Shown here: one piece after another, positions 41,752 through 53,773 of the stretch
How positions within the stretch are numbered: the first letter of the stretch is position 1
Layout of the letters: each line of letters starts with the position of its first letter
From: the human T2T-CHM13v2.0 reference genome, Homo sapiens
DNA: 64,000 nt
Direction: 5' to 3' (one strand)
Assembly (NCBI RefSeq): GCF_009914755.1
Contig: NC_060931.1
Notes under the pieces: model-generated
What the model was told of the DNA's origin: nothing
Databases searched by the model: none
What the model saw: only the letters and a program-made list of their open reading frames with translations
Made by a program: the position numbers and the translations under genes

Positions 41752-42270
41752 CATGCAGACGCTGCTCCCGGCCCACCTCACCACACCCGCCCCCGGCTGT
41801 GCCCACAGTCCCACCCGATGCAGACACTGCTCCCGGCCCACCTCACCACACCCGCCCCTGGCTGCGCCACAGTCCCACCCGATGCAGACACTGCTGCTGA
41901 CCCACCTCACAATGCCCGCCGCTGGCTGCGCCCACAGTCCCACCCGATGCAGACACTGCTCCCGGCCCACCTCACCACGCCCGCCCCTGGCTGCGCCCAC
42001 AGTCCCACCCGATGCAGACACTGCTCCCGGCCCACCTCACCACGCCCGCCCCTGGCTGCGCCCACAGTCCCACCCGATGCAGACACTGCTGCTGACCCAC
42101 CTCACCACGCCCACCCCTGGCTGCACCCACAGTCCCACCCGATGCAGACGCTGCTCCTGGCCCACCTCACCACGCCTGCCCCTGGCTGCGCCCACAGTCC
42201 CACCCGATGCAGACACTGCTCCTGGCCCACCTCACCACGCCCGCCCCTGGCTGCACCCACAGTCCCACCT
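41752..42270. repeat. 65-bp minisatellite, ~8 copies
   Basis: cccacagtcccacccgatgcagac recurs at 41931, 41996, 42061, 42126, 42191 and 42256. Confidence 0.96.
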
Positions 42271-42954
42271 GGAGGATATCACCAGCTACAGGTTCTCACA
42301 TGCTGCACTGGGGACTGGCCTCTCTGTTTCTCTCCACACAGAGCACGTGGCAGGTTTGGTTTATGGGACCACACTGCTGACCCAGCACCCTCTCTCTGCG
42401 GTGCTGCTCCGCGGGCCCCAGACCACCGTGCTGTGCTGCTGTGTGGCTGCAGCCACCCCACCCTGACCCTCACTCCCATGCTGCCCTGTCCTCCACTCTG
42501 CTCTGCTGCCCCTGACCTGGGCCTGGTCGTGTGACCTTAACCTTGTCATCGACCCTTCAGGGTCATTCTCGAGGACAGACCCCTCCCCTATGAGGCGTCT
42601 CACAGCACTGCATATCCTTTAAGTGCCCCAAATAGAATTCTGGCAGGGATGTGGGGTTTGACTCACATAAGACCTGTTTAACTTGATCCAGGCCAGAGTG
42701 CCCAATGGGCACCCAGGAGCTCGGCCAGGCCCGAGGTTGAGCTGTGCTGTCCCTGAAGGTGGCTGTCCTCGCCGCCGCCAGGCACCCCGAGCTGCACCAC
42801 TGTGAGGAGGTCATGGCTGCCCAGTGCCCTAAAGCACTGCTGCGTCCTCCGACGCGAGATGGCTGTGTGCCACCGACTGTCCAAATGCCCTGCCAATGCC
42901 ATCGTGAAGCATCCGTGTGAAGGAAAAAGTCCACCTTACCGTGCGCTGTGGCAT

Positions 42955-43318
42955 CGATCAGGCGTGTGGACAGTCGCAGGCACGCAGCGGTCTCCCAACA
43001 TCAGGGCACACCGCGATCAGGTGTGTGGACAGTCGCAGGCACGCAGCGGTCCTGCAGCAGCAGGGCGCACCGCGATCAGGTGTGTGGACAGTTGCAGGCA
43101 CGCAGCGGTCTCCCAGCATCAGGGCACACCGCGATCAGGTGTGTGGACAGTCGCAGGCACGAAGTGGTCCTGCAGCAGCAGGGCGCACCGCGATCAGGTG
43201 TGTGGACAGTTGCAGGCACGCAGCGGTCTCCCAGCGTCAGGGCGCACCGCGATCAGGTGTGTGGACAGTCGGTGGGCACGCAGCGGTCTCCCAGCGTCAG
43301 GGCACACTATGATCAGGT
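42955..43318. repeat. 59-bp minisatellite, 6 copies
   Basis: gatcaggtgtgtggacagt recurs every 59-60 bp. Confidence 0.96.
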
Positions 43319-46300
43319 GCTATGCAACTTCCGCCCCCTGGGACCCCTTTATTGTCCAGAAATCATCTCTTCAGGAACTGTCTCTGCTCTGTGACCCTCT
43401 GCAGACCACACCCATTGGCATCTCCTCTTCCCAACTGCTAAGATGCCACCAAGTTAATCCATTGCCTGGATCATGTCATTCTCCAGCTTCAAAGCCTTCA
43501 GAGCTCTCATTTTTCTTCCGACAGGGCGCTGGGTGCCCTTCCAGGGTGACCTCACGGGTGCCCACTGCAGTTCCTGCTTCTCCCCACGGGAACTGAGCGT
43601 GCCGCTGGGAACACAGCACTCACTGTGCACAGTTCTGCACATGGACTTATGTGGACACCACCTGCTTGCATTCATCCCCTCCTCCTCATCTCTCCCTTGC
43701 TGAGAGGCAGCGTGCCTGCCGAACGCTTCGTGCTGTTTCTGCAATGCTCACTTGCGGTCACATAGTTAGACATCCGGATGATGGATAGATGAGGAGACAC
43801 AGTGCAGACTGGGCGTGGCTGACCACCACACGTGCCCCTGGAGCCATGGGCCGCCGGCTTCATTTCCAGGGTGGTGTTACAATCAAAAGAATGAACACAT
43901 CAAGAGTGATTTCAAGTCCAACCCCTTCCCTGTGTTTTCTGCACAGCTTGGAGGCCGTGCCCAGGTCCTGGATGTTCCTGGTGACCTTTCCTCTTTGCCC
44001 TTTGCTCTCCCACTTGGAGCTCCATGCTACTCCCTCCTGTTGTACTGAACCTGGCCCTCGTTGCCCCTTACGAGGGAAGTCCTTGTCCTCTCATGGCTTC
44101 CTTCTTGTCCCCTTCCCTCAGACTCTTCGTAATAATTATACAATACTAATTCCAAATGGAAACTGGAGGCATGGAGCCTATGCCGGCGTCTCCAGCTTCT
44201 CCAGAGGTAGGAATGGACACTCAGGTCTCCACTGCATGCTGGTGGATTTGGGAGAGTGTGATCCATCCAAGCCATGCGAAAATCTGCACGACTGAGTCAT
44301 GGGACAGTGGAGCTTTGTGATATCGCGTGCTTTTAAATCCGAAAGGACAGTCATGATTTAAGGATTTGAAAGTCACACATTTAACATCTGGATTCACAGT
44401 CATAGGTCTTAAACCATGATAGCTTGTGCTTCTGAGGTGCACTGAATTCATGCGTGGCTTTCCTAGACTTTATCCCATGGAACCTTCACGTGTCAGGCTA
44501 TGTAGAGCCCTGAATCTCAAAGGGAGAGCTTGGTCCCAGCAGGTCTCATTATTTTGTATTATATTTTAATAGTTTATTTTCCCTCTTGCTTCTTCAGTTC
44601 CAGGTACTGAATAGAAGCTTTACAAAAGATCCCGGTACCGGTAATAGCCCTGGGGCGCCCACTTCACGGGGCCTGCAGGAAGTCCTGGGAAGGGACTGTT
44701 TCCACAAGTGGAACAAGTGGGCCCCCCACTGCCCTCGCTGCCTGCCCCTCTCTCCTCATTAAACCTTCAGAGAACACAAAGGAGCCGAGAGCCCCTTTTC
44801 TCTCCATCTTCCAAAGAAGACTTTTCAGTATAAAAGGTGCCCTAAATCCTTTGTGATGCCGCCCACAAGCAGCGTGCGCTGACACAAAGCAACGCCGCCG
44901 GCCACTGCTGCCTGCAGACAAGAGGCCGACTCTTGTCCTCGTCTCGGGTCCCAAGAACGGGAGTAAGTTTGTGGACTGGCACGCAGACTTGTGTGCGGGG
45001 CAGCCCCTGGAGACACAGGCAGCTGCGATGTGAGTGTGTCAGGCAGAGGTTCAGCTTTACGTCAGTGTTAAAGAAAAAAACCTGTGAAGGAACTATTCAA
45101 GACATGCAAAAGGAAGTGTTTCCCACGCACCCAGGGCAGGATGCTCGGTGAGGGGTGGTGGAGCCGTAGAGCAAACATCCTTCGAGAGCCAAATGTGCGT
45201 GACCTTTGACCTTTCCCCTTCAGGAGTGTACAGTGAGGGAATACTCGGGTAAGCACAGAAACACCTGCAAAAACAACTCACACATTCGCCAGCAGGGAGT
45301 CGGTCAAACCAACCAGGCCCAGGCTGTGGAATGTTAGGCGGCGGTTAAAAGTCACGAGATACGCACCTTCAGATGGGAAAGATGGACACCACCTGTCTCA
45401 GCGGGAGAAAGACAGCTGCAGAAGCTTCACACAATTTAGCCCGATTCCCACGAATAAACAGAAGAAAGGGCAGACAAGTTTGTACCGACGGAGGAAGGCA
45501 CTGGGACCCCGCTTCAGTCGGGCACGAGTTTCCCCCAGAGAGGGGAGGAGGCAGGCAGAGGACTTCACTTTCTATGTAATCTTTGCCTACAGAGTTTGAC
45601 GTTTTGTAACTGTCCTGTATAATTTGTCATCTGAAAGCCTGAAAAAAATAGCCAATTAAAAAGCTGCCATTGGTGATGAGAAAGAACGAAGCTATTGCCA
45701 CGGGTGGAGGAGGGGCTTCTGCAGATCGGCCCCCGGCCCTGCACCTTCTGCCTCCCGTCAGGGCTGAGTCTCCTCAGGCGGCTGAATATTTCCCACCTCA
45801 GGCAAATGGACACTAAGCTCCTGAGTCAGACAAAACAGTGACTCCCTGGAGGGCTGTGTGCCCAGCCCCTTCTCCCCCTTCCCACCTGCTTTGCTCTTAG
45901 GAAAGTCACCAAAGGCTGGTTGGTGTGGCTCATTCTAGGTTTGACTCCTTAGGAATGTGGCTTTTACCAGCGTGCTGTATCCCTCCTGACAACACAGCCA
46001 TCTGGTGGAGCGTGGAGTTCATTGGAAATGCATTTTATTTGCTTGTAGCATACATGTGGCTAAGGCTCAGCACACACGGAGATTCGCATATGTGTGCACA
46101 CCCCCACGCACACACCCACACACGCGTGTGCATCACATGAACGCGCGTGCACACACACACTCCTGCACTCAGTCCTGCTCTATTAACAGGTTCTTGGGCT
46201 CTGCAGAGCTGACAGAGGCCGTGTTGGGTGCGGCAGGACAAGGCTGGGCGTGCAGGCGCCTCCTCCACAGGGCACTGCTCATGCGTCACAGCTGCCAGAC

Positions 46301-46550
46301 GGAGGCTCCCCAATGGCGACGCTCTGACAGGGGTCCGTGACTCTCCTCAGGGAGAGGTGGCTGTTTCCAATGTCCTCCCTGGTGCCCTGTGGCTGGCAGG
46401 ACCCTGCCCACCCTCTCCCTCCCCGTCCAAGCTCTGTTTTCATCTGAATGCAGCAGCCACGACTAACACGCCAAGTGTGTCCTCCATGCTCCAGAGCCTC
46501 AGATCTGGTCAGAGCAAGTTCTTACTCAGCATGCAGATGTGAAGTCAGGC

Positions 46551-46556
46551 TTTATT
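46551..46556 (-). terminator. Polyadenylation signal AATAAA for VIPR2
   Basis: Reads tttatt on the plus strand, ~2.4 kb downstream of the stop codon. Confidence 0.75.
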
Positions 46557-48421
46557 GAAGTATTTACACAGCTCATTCCCGCCACGTGGAGGAGTCTGCG
46601 ACATTCCACACACAATGACAGTTAAAGACACCTGTTGACCACTGGGTCCTGCTTCCCCTGCTCACCAGGCATCTGTCAGGAAACAGCCGGCCCCTCTACC
46701 AGGAGAAACCAGTCAGCTCCGCTGAACAGTGGCACATGTGCGGTTGAGGGGAGATTGTCCCCTGAGCACACCTGATGACTGATGACTGCCCACACCCAAC
46801 CACCGACCATCAACAACCAGTGCCTGGTAACCACCTGACATGTCCACTCACGCCCACTTCCTCAGCGTCCCCTCTGGGTCACAGCTCAGTGTCGGCACCT
46901 GGCCACTGACCCAACACCTTCAGTTACCACAAATCTTTGTTTCCTCAAAAACCTGAGAGTAGGTGGGGGATGCTCCCTTTTGTCCTTTGAAAGCTGGGCA
47001 AGGCTGGGGGTGGGTCTGTCCAAACCCTACAGGGGAGGAACAGCCGAGGGGCCGCACTGAACCTGGGGTCTGCAGCGTCCACCTGCCTCCCTCTCGCTCC
47101 ACATGCTCAGCCGTCCTTTCCTGGGCACCTGGCCTGGGCCGTTTACTCCCCAGTATCCGTCTGTGATGGATCCTCTGCGGCCCCCAGAAATGGTGGGTTG
47201 TTCTGTAGATCCAACCGCCTCACCTGTCTCCCCAAACCAACCTCGGGTTCATTCTCCCAGAAGTCCAGGGATGAGCTTGTTGCAGCAGAGGGGTGTGGCC
47301 GGCGTGGCCCAGGGTGTGCAGGACAGGGTGCGGACCTTTGGGGATTGAGGGGTCTCTGGACACTGCTGCTTTGCTGTCCTAACAGCCCCTCTGTCCGGCC
47401 TCATTTTACCGGGGATATGGGTTTTGCAAACCAAGGTGACACTGACAGGATGTGTGAGCTTCCCTGTGGCTGCCTCCCGGCACAGCTGTCCCGACCTTTG
47501 ACATCGCGCCCCAGCTGGGGTCTGTGATGCCACCAATGCACAGGAACAAGACATTCATTTTTAAGGGAAAAGTGGAGTCAAATGTGCTCAGAACAACTGA
47601 GTCCCACAGTCGGGGCACCTGGGCCAGGGCTGGGCAGCTTGCTGAGGTCCATCGAGCGCTGTGGGGGCCAGGGCTTGGCACACACATGGAGACTGTGCCC
47701 TGATATCCCCACCCTTCTGCAGCCAGCTCAGCAACGTCCCCAGACACCCTCCCCACATCTGCAAACCACCCTTCGCCTGAAGGAGCAGCCGCTAGGGCTG
47801 CTGAGCGCCAGCTCTGGGGAGGAGGGCTTGAAACAGTTTTATATGTTGTTAAAATAATTCTTATCCTAAGATTATTTTTGTTAAAAAGAGAATAGGTTTC
47901 CGGTTCCCACTCAGCTGTATCCCGCACCCCACGTAACCCCATCACCAGGGGCCCGCAGGCCTGGCCGCAGCTGGCCTGGGGCTGAGCGTCAGGCTCTGCG
48001 GCTCCCACAGGGCGGCAGGTGACCTCCTGAGGCAGAGCCAGAGCTGCTGAGGGTCCCACGGAACACCTGTGTGGAGAGGTCCCCTCCTTCATGACCTTGC
48101 TCTCCTGATCTGGTTGTCTCCTCAGCCCGCCTTCCGTGGGGAGGCAAAACAGCCCTGTGGAGTTGGGTGGGGCAGGGCTCAGCCGGGCCGGGTGGGCGCC
48201 CCAAGAGAGAGGACGGGCTGCCCTCCTGTTGATTTCTCCTGGTCCTAACGTCAGGGGGGCCCTGACTGGCTTCCCTCTGTCCTGCAGATGAGGGGGCTAC
48301 CCTTATGGGACCTGGGAGGCCGCCCTGATGTGGGACGGATGTCACCCGGTGGTCGCCCAGGCTCGTGCTGGGCCACACAACTGCGTTTCCACATTTCCTC
48401 CTTGGCTCCCCTATTCTCTTG

Positions 48422-48719
48422 GGCCGGGCGCAGTGGCTCACGCCTTAATCCCAGCACTTTGGGAGGCCGAGGCGGGCCCATCACGAGGTCAGGAGATCGA
48501 GACCATCCTGGCTAACATGGTGAAACCCTGTCTCTACTAAAAATACAAAAAATTAGCCAGGCGTGTTGGCGGGCGCCTGTAGTCCCAGCTATGGGAGGCT
48601 GAGGCAGGAGAATGGCGTGAACCCGGGAGGCGGAGCTTGCAGGGAGCAGAGATCAGGCCACTGCACTTCAGCCTGGGCGACAGAGCAAGACTCCGTCTCA
48701 AAAAAAAAAAAAAAAAAAA
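48422..48719 (+). mobile_element. AluY inside the VIPR2 3'UTR, antisense to the mRNA
   Basis: AluY diagnostics gagatcgagaccatcctggctaac and gaatggcgtgaacccgggaggcggagcttgcag. Confidence 0.93.
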
Positions 48720-48970
48720 GTGGATCCACTATACGGCTGAAACACATTTTGCACAAGATTATCTAAATGCTGGAGTTTAAATCGAGTCAATGACAACACG
48801 ACTCCAATTCCAGGTATGGGGTTTAGTGGACAACCAGCTTGACGGAGTCAGGACCGCGCTGACCTGCCCGACACGGTGCTCGGGCATCTGGAAGGAGGAA
48901 GCCGGCGTCTCAGCCCCGCAGAAGCCCCGAACCGTGGGCCTCCCGCCGCGTCCGACAGGCAGGGGTGGGG

Positions 48971-49144
48971 CTAGATGACCGAGGTCTCCGTTTGCAGGAA
49001 GGACTGGGCGCGGGAGCCGCGGTGGAACTGCAGGGCGCCCTCCGAGCCGTTGCGGGAGAAGGAGGAACCGCAGACCCTGTAATCCCGGCTCGCGGACGGG
49101 GTCGGGCACCGGCTTCGCCATTTTCGCTTCAGCTCGCACTGCAC
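48971..49144 (-). CDS. VIPR2: VIPR2 last coding exon (13): VQCELKRKWRSRCPTPSASRDYRVCGSSFSRNGSEGALQFHRGSRAQSFLQTETSVI*
   Basis: CAG acceptor at 49147-49145; helix 8 and C-tail match the recalled VPAC2 C-terminus; TAG stop at 48973-48971. Confidence 0.98.
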   Translation of the reverse strand: MQCELKRKWRSRCPTPSASRDYRVCGSSFSRNGSEGALQFHRGSRAQSFLQTETSVI

Positions 49145-50182
49145 CTGGGAGGTGAGGGCAGCGGGAACGCCCGTGAGCCTGGGCAGGTGCGGGCGGCTGC
49201 TATGGGAAGCGCGGCCCGCGAGCCTCCAGCTCTCCCTCCCGCCTGCTCCCGTATCTGTGTTGCCAGCAGATGGACAGAAACAGAAACGGCCTTGGGGGCA
49301 GAGGCTGGAGGGAGCGGGAACTGGACGGCCACAGGAGGGCGGGGGACGCTGCCAGACTCTAAGACTGTGCGTGGGTGGTTCGGGGATCGCCACTGCCGCG
49401 GTAAGCGCAGTCCCACAGTCTCAGATAGTTAATATTTCTCTGAAAAGATTTTCCTTAGCAGCCGGGGTTGTGACGGTGCTGGGCCTCCGTCTCCTTCCCT
49501 GTTCCCAGCGGGCAGGGAATGTTAGCCCTGGGAGGGGGTGGGGATGAGTGAGGGGTGCCCGGACGGCAGAGGAGGGAGGAGGACAAGTGGCACTACTCGG
49601 GCTCAGCTTTGCAGAAGCCGTGCTGGTGAAAGCTGCATGTCAAGCAAAGAAAGCGCCAGCAACCGCAGCGTGGGGCGGGAGGGTCAGGGGTCAGGGGACG
49701 GGGCCAGGCCGTTGGAGCAGCCCGGAGACAGCCTCCCTGGCTGGGAATGAACGCAGGGCAGAGCTCGGCTCCGGGCTTCCTCCCCAGGGACTCACAGGAC
49801 GCTGTGCAGCCCCACCCCCCAACCCAGGCCCGGCTTTCTGGGACTCACAAGCTATGGTCAGGAGCGAGACGCCGACCATGGGGAAAAACAGATTCTGTCT
49901 AGACCCGGCCGGGAGCTTTCCCGAGAGGGCTCCGAGACGGACGGCAGTCGATGCTACTTAGGGTGGACGGAAGGACGGCGGGGTTTGGAAGCTGGGCCCA
50001 GAAGAGTGGGTTTGCCTGTGTCGTTGTGGGTTCTCTGATGGGGACACAGAACTGTGGGGTCCCGGGCAGTAACTCGAGCCCGCGGAAGACAGGCATGTGT
50101 GGGGGCTGCGGCACCAGGCTGGGCAGCATCTCAGGAAGCAAGTGAGTACCTGTGCTTGGTTCCAAGGCGGCCATGAACTTAC

Positions 50183-50224
50183 CTCACTGTTCAGGAAACA
50201 GTAGAGGACGGCCACCACCAGGCC
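50183..50224 (-). CDS. VIPR2: VIPR2 exon 12, 42 bp: [14 protein letters not shown]
   Basis: Conserved 14-codon TM7 exon of class B GPCRs (completes FQG...YCFLN); CAG acceptor and GTAAGT donor. Confidence 0.98.
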
Positions 50225-50292
50225 CTGCAATGAGAAGAGATGGTCAGGCAGGACCCGCGCTCGGGGGAGGGCGGCCGCCTCCGCACACCTAC

Positions 50293-50422
50293 CTGGAACG
50301 ACCCGAGGCACAGCTCAAACAGTATCTGGTATTTGGAGGAGATGCTGATGGGAAACACGGCAAACACCATGTAGTGGACGCCGAACAGCGGGATAAGCAG
50401 GAGCGTGGACTTGGCCAGCCTC
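50293..50422 (-). CDS. VIPR2: VIPR2 exon 11, 130 bp: [43 protein letters not shown]
   Basis: Class B TM6 motif [13 protein letters not shown]; CAG acceptor and GTAGGT donor. Confidence 0.98.
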
Positions 50423-51479
50423 CTGCACAGAAGGAGATGAGCCAGCTCAGCTGCTGGACCCTCGGACCCTCTGCAAGCCTGGCTGGGTCCTTCTCAGGAG
50501 GGGGCAGCTGGGTGTGGGAGGGGCTCCACACCTCCTCTCCACTGCTGGAGTCCCCGCCCAACAAGAAAAACCACTGTTTCTTTACGTTTATGTCTGAGGC
50601 CCCTGTGCATATCTAGCACTCAGGGCCTGGGAACGTGCATTCCGGAAGTGTCCGTTTCTCCCAAATTCCCTCACAAGGACACACGCTGTGTCCTGGGGTT
50701 CATGGCTGGCAGGGGCAAGATTCCCTGTGAGTGACCCCAAACCTACACAGGCCCCGCCTGGGAGCCCGGCCCATCCTGAGGCAGGCATGGGACAAGAAGG
50801 CTGGCCTCCACCGCTGCCACACGCAGGTTTAAATGATGAGAACCGATCCTGCTCCCGGACCTGCAGCTCGTAACAGCTGGGCTCCGTGGGAGCCAGGTCC
50901 CTCAGTCAGCGGCAGAGGACCTGCCTGATTCCCTCTATTAACGCATCTGAAGTTTGCTGGAAAAGAGGCCTATCTGCGGCTGAGCTCTTGGCCCCTATCC
51001 AGGGAGGTTTTGCTACTTCTGTGACCAGAGTTACACAGAAAGGACCTCGTGTGGCCTCAAGGGTGTCTCGGCCTTTTCTGTTGTCCTGGAAAGGGAACAG
51101 ATTTTGTTTCCAAATAAAAGCATCCATCTCCAAGTCCAATTTAACAAACACTCCCAAAGAACCAATGCAAAGGTCAGCATAGAAACTAAACAAGATTCAC
51201 AGGAAATCCAAGTTCAACCTGAAAGGCAACCAAGAACGATCTTATTCGGGGGTCTCTGCCACACAGGCACCACCGGACTCCCCTGAGCAGGGACAAGGTC
51301 ATGCTGCCATGCGGGGTCTGACATGGAATCCCATCCCTCGTGTGGGCAAGCAGAGACGGGATACTCCCTGGATTTAGACACTACACAGCAGAATTAGATT
51401 CTCTGGTTTACCAGACTCTTTTGCAATACTCTGGTGCCAGGCAGCAAATATCCGGCAAATATAGACTGCATTGATCCTC

Positions 51480-51585
51480 CTGACCTTAGTGACATTATTA
51501 CTTCCATGTTACAGATGGGGAAGCTGAGGCATGGAGTGGCAAAGTGACTTCCCTCAGGGCACTGGCCGGTATCTGCACCCAGCTT
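51480..51585 (-). mobile_element. MIR fragment
   Basis: Core motif ttacagatggggaagctgaggc...aagtgactt. Confidence 0.7.
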
Positions 51586-52284
51586 TGGGGCTGTTGGCCA
51601 TGCTCCTGTCTAACCGCCCCTCCCCAAATCCATCCCTGTTTTCTAAGGTGGGAGAAAAGGGAAATGCAGGCCAGGCACCCTCCTAGGCTGGGCGGCAGGG
51701 TTCCTGCCATGGTACAGCTCTGTGCACAGCCGCCCTTCCACCCCCGGTCAGTCTGAGCCCGAGGCACCTTCTGGGCTGGGCCAACCACTTCCACACCAAG
51801 CCAGTGTTTAGTTTATACTTGAATTTTGGTTTTTACCTTTTTAAAAAAAAATAAATTCTTGATATAAATTTATGGAGTCTTTGCATTACTTTATAGATTC
51901 CCCGGATCATCATGAATTAGCTGGATGACTGGGGGTGACTGGCTGAACGTCTGCCCTGTCTTCATCTACTGAAGGGAGATCACAATGCCATCTTCATGTA
52001 ATCACGTGGGCAGGAAACGCTTTCTGAATTTTTATTAAGTACAAGGCCTGGTATTAGGGCTGGCAGTAGACACACGGCCATGGACACATGGCCATGTCTG
52101 AGGGGGAGACAGAATTAAATGTAAAATAAAAAATACTGTGTGGTCAAGGAGAAAAAGACAGGCTGTATAACATGTAAGTGGGCGGATGCTTAAACAAGCA
52201 AGTTCACTGGAGAGGACTTTCTTCTGGCCTTGAAATAAAAGAAATGGTGCCTGACTTCCACAGTTGCCAAGGCCAGAAGTGCCC

Positions 52285-52378
52285 CTGCTGAGTCCTCCCA
52301 GGTCATCAGGTGCAGAATCACACCCTATCTAGATGGCGGGTGTTTTAAACCACCAAATTTTGGAGTGATTTGTTACTT
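52285..52378 (+). repeat. 94-bp direct repeat, copy 1 (MLT1-like LTR 3' end)
   Basis: 90/94 identical to 53680-53773. Confidence 0.92.
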
Positions 52379-52567
52379 CGCCAGGGAAATGCTGTCCAGG
52401 GCCTCTCTGAGCCTTGGGCAGGAGCAGAGCCCTGGGGCCCAGCCTCGAGGTGTGACAGTGGCGGAGGCGGAGTCGCCGCACCTCCAGGGCCTTCCTGGCA
52501 GCGTGGGGGTCTCCTGTCTCCACACGGCATCCCCATCAGGGACGGCCAGGCCGGGACACACACTCAC

Positions 52568-52659
52568 TTGTACTGAGACTGGTCGTTGCCGCCGACATCT
52601 GGGGATGTTAACTTCTGCAGCAAAATTCGTATAATACTAATGAAAAGGACAAAATTGAC
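52568..52659 (-). CDS. VIPR2: VIPR2 exon 10, 92 bp: VNFVLFISIIRILLQKLTSPDVGGNDQSQYK
   Basis: TM5/ICL3 sequence; CAG acceptor and GTGAGT donor. Confidence 0.97.
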
Positions 52660-52935
52660 CTGCACAAGAGATAATAAGTTTGTGAAACAGACACGTGGAT
52701 CCCTAATTTGCCCTGAAGTCCACCTGATTTCGACCCTCCCCTCCGCTCCCTCAGTCCCTCCCTCCTTCCCTGGGAACTGCCTCTGGGGGTCCACATGCCT
52801 GAAGAGGTCCTTTTCCGGGAAGGCTGAGTGATGCGTGGAATGGGGTCAGTTCTATTTAATAAAGGATGGCAGGCTTGCTGTCTGCCCAAGTGTGTGATTC
52901 CACAGATAATCCACATGTCAACAGGGACTACTTAC

Positions 52936-53005
52936 GATGATGGAAATTAAAATCGGTATTCGTATGACCCACCAGGGCACACTGTGGTCGTTTGTATCCC
53001 AGCAA
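52936..53005 (-). CDS. VIPR2: VIPR2 exon 9, 70 bp: CWDTNDHSVPWWVIRIPILISII
   Basis: Class B ECL2 CW motif and start of TM5; CAG acceptor and GTAAGT donor. Confidence 0.97.
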
Positions 53006-53679
53006 CTGTCAGAGAGAGATGGGAAATCAGGTTACCACCAACCACTTTCGCAAGACAGGTACAGGAGAATGAGCGCCTGCCCCTCCCAACTTGCCCACTC
53101 CCCTCACCGTGGAAGCACAATTTCTCTGCACTGACAGATCGTAAAGGAATCTGTCCCAGGGAGTGATTGTGTTTTGTTTTATGCTTTCAAAACAATAGTC
53201 GGCTTGTGGGGAGGAGGAATGGAGGTGCGGCCCCAGAAGCCAGGACAAGGGCAGGAGGGCTGCTGACGCCCTCCACTCTGAGCATGAACGTGTGTCAGCC
53301 CCATTCAGCTGAAATCAGGAGAAAAGAACCTTCCTCCTGAAAATTAGCTTCCCCTCACCTCCCGAATGGTTTGCAGGTATATGGCAAAGGGTTTAAAACG
53401 TCCTTAGAGCCACCAGCTCTCCAGCTCATAGCATTTTGTTTTGATTTTCAGCGCATGGGGTGTCTCCAGCAGGAAGCTGTGACCCCTGGCTTGTAAAACG
53501 CCTCAGTGATTCTCCCCAGGGTCCACACCCTGCGCTGGAAGTCTGCAGCCCTCCCATAAAGCAGAATCTCCATTGCAGGCTTGGGTCCATGCTTTCCCTC
53601 GGGGGCCGAGGGCAGGAGCCTTCAGGCTGGTGCAGTCTCAGACTGGCTGAAGGGGACCAAGGGGAACCAGTCCTCAAAG

Positions 53680-53773
53680 CTGCTGAGTCCTCCCAGGTCA
53701 TCAGGTGCAGAATCACACCGTAACTAGACGGTGGGTGTTTTAAACCACCAAATTTTGGAGTGATTTGTTACTT
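53680..53773 (+). repeat. 94-bp direct repeat, copy 2; continues into an MLT1-like terminus (...ttagcagtgggtaactgatgca)
   Basis: Offset of 1395 bp from copy 1. Confidence 0.92.

Larger units (their letters stand above)
46530..48970 (-). other. VIPR2: VIPR2 3'UTR (~2.4 kb); the 3' end is approximate
   Basis: Runs from the stop codon to the minus-strand AATAAA at 46556-46551. Confidence 0.75.
48840..50420. promoter_or_regulatory. Intragenic 3' CpG-rich region over VIPR2 exons 11-13
   Basis: Dense CpG by eye. Confidence 0.6.

Noticed and set aside
50152-50616. 154-aa plus-strand ORF
   Set aside because: Antisense shadow of VIPR2 exons 11-12 in GC-rich sequence.
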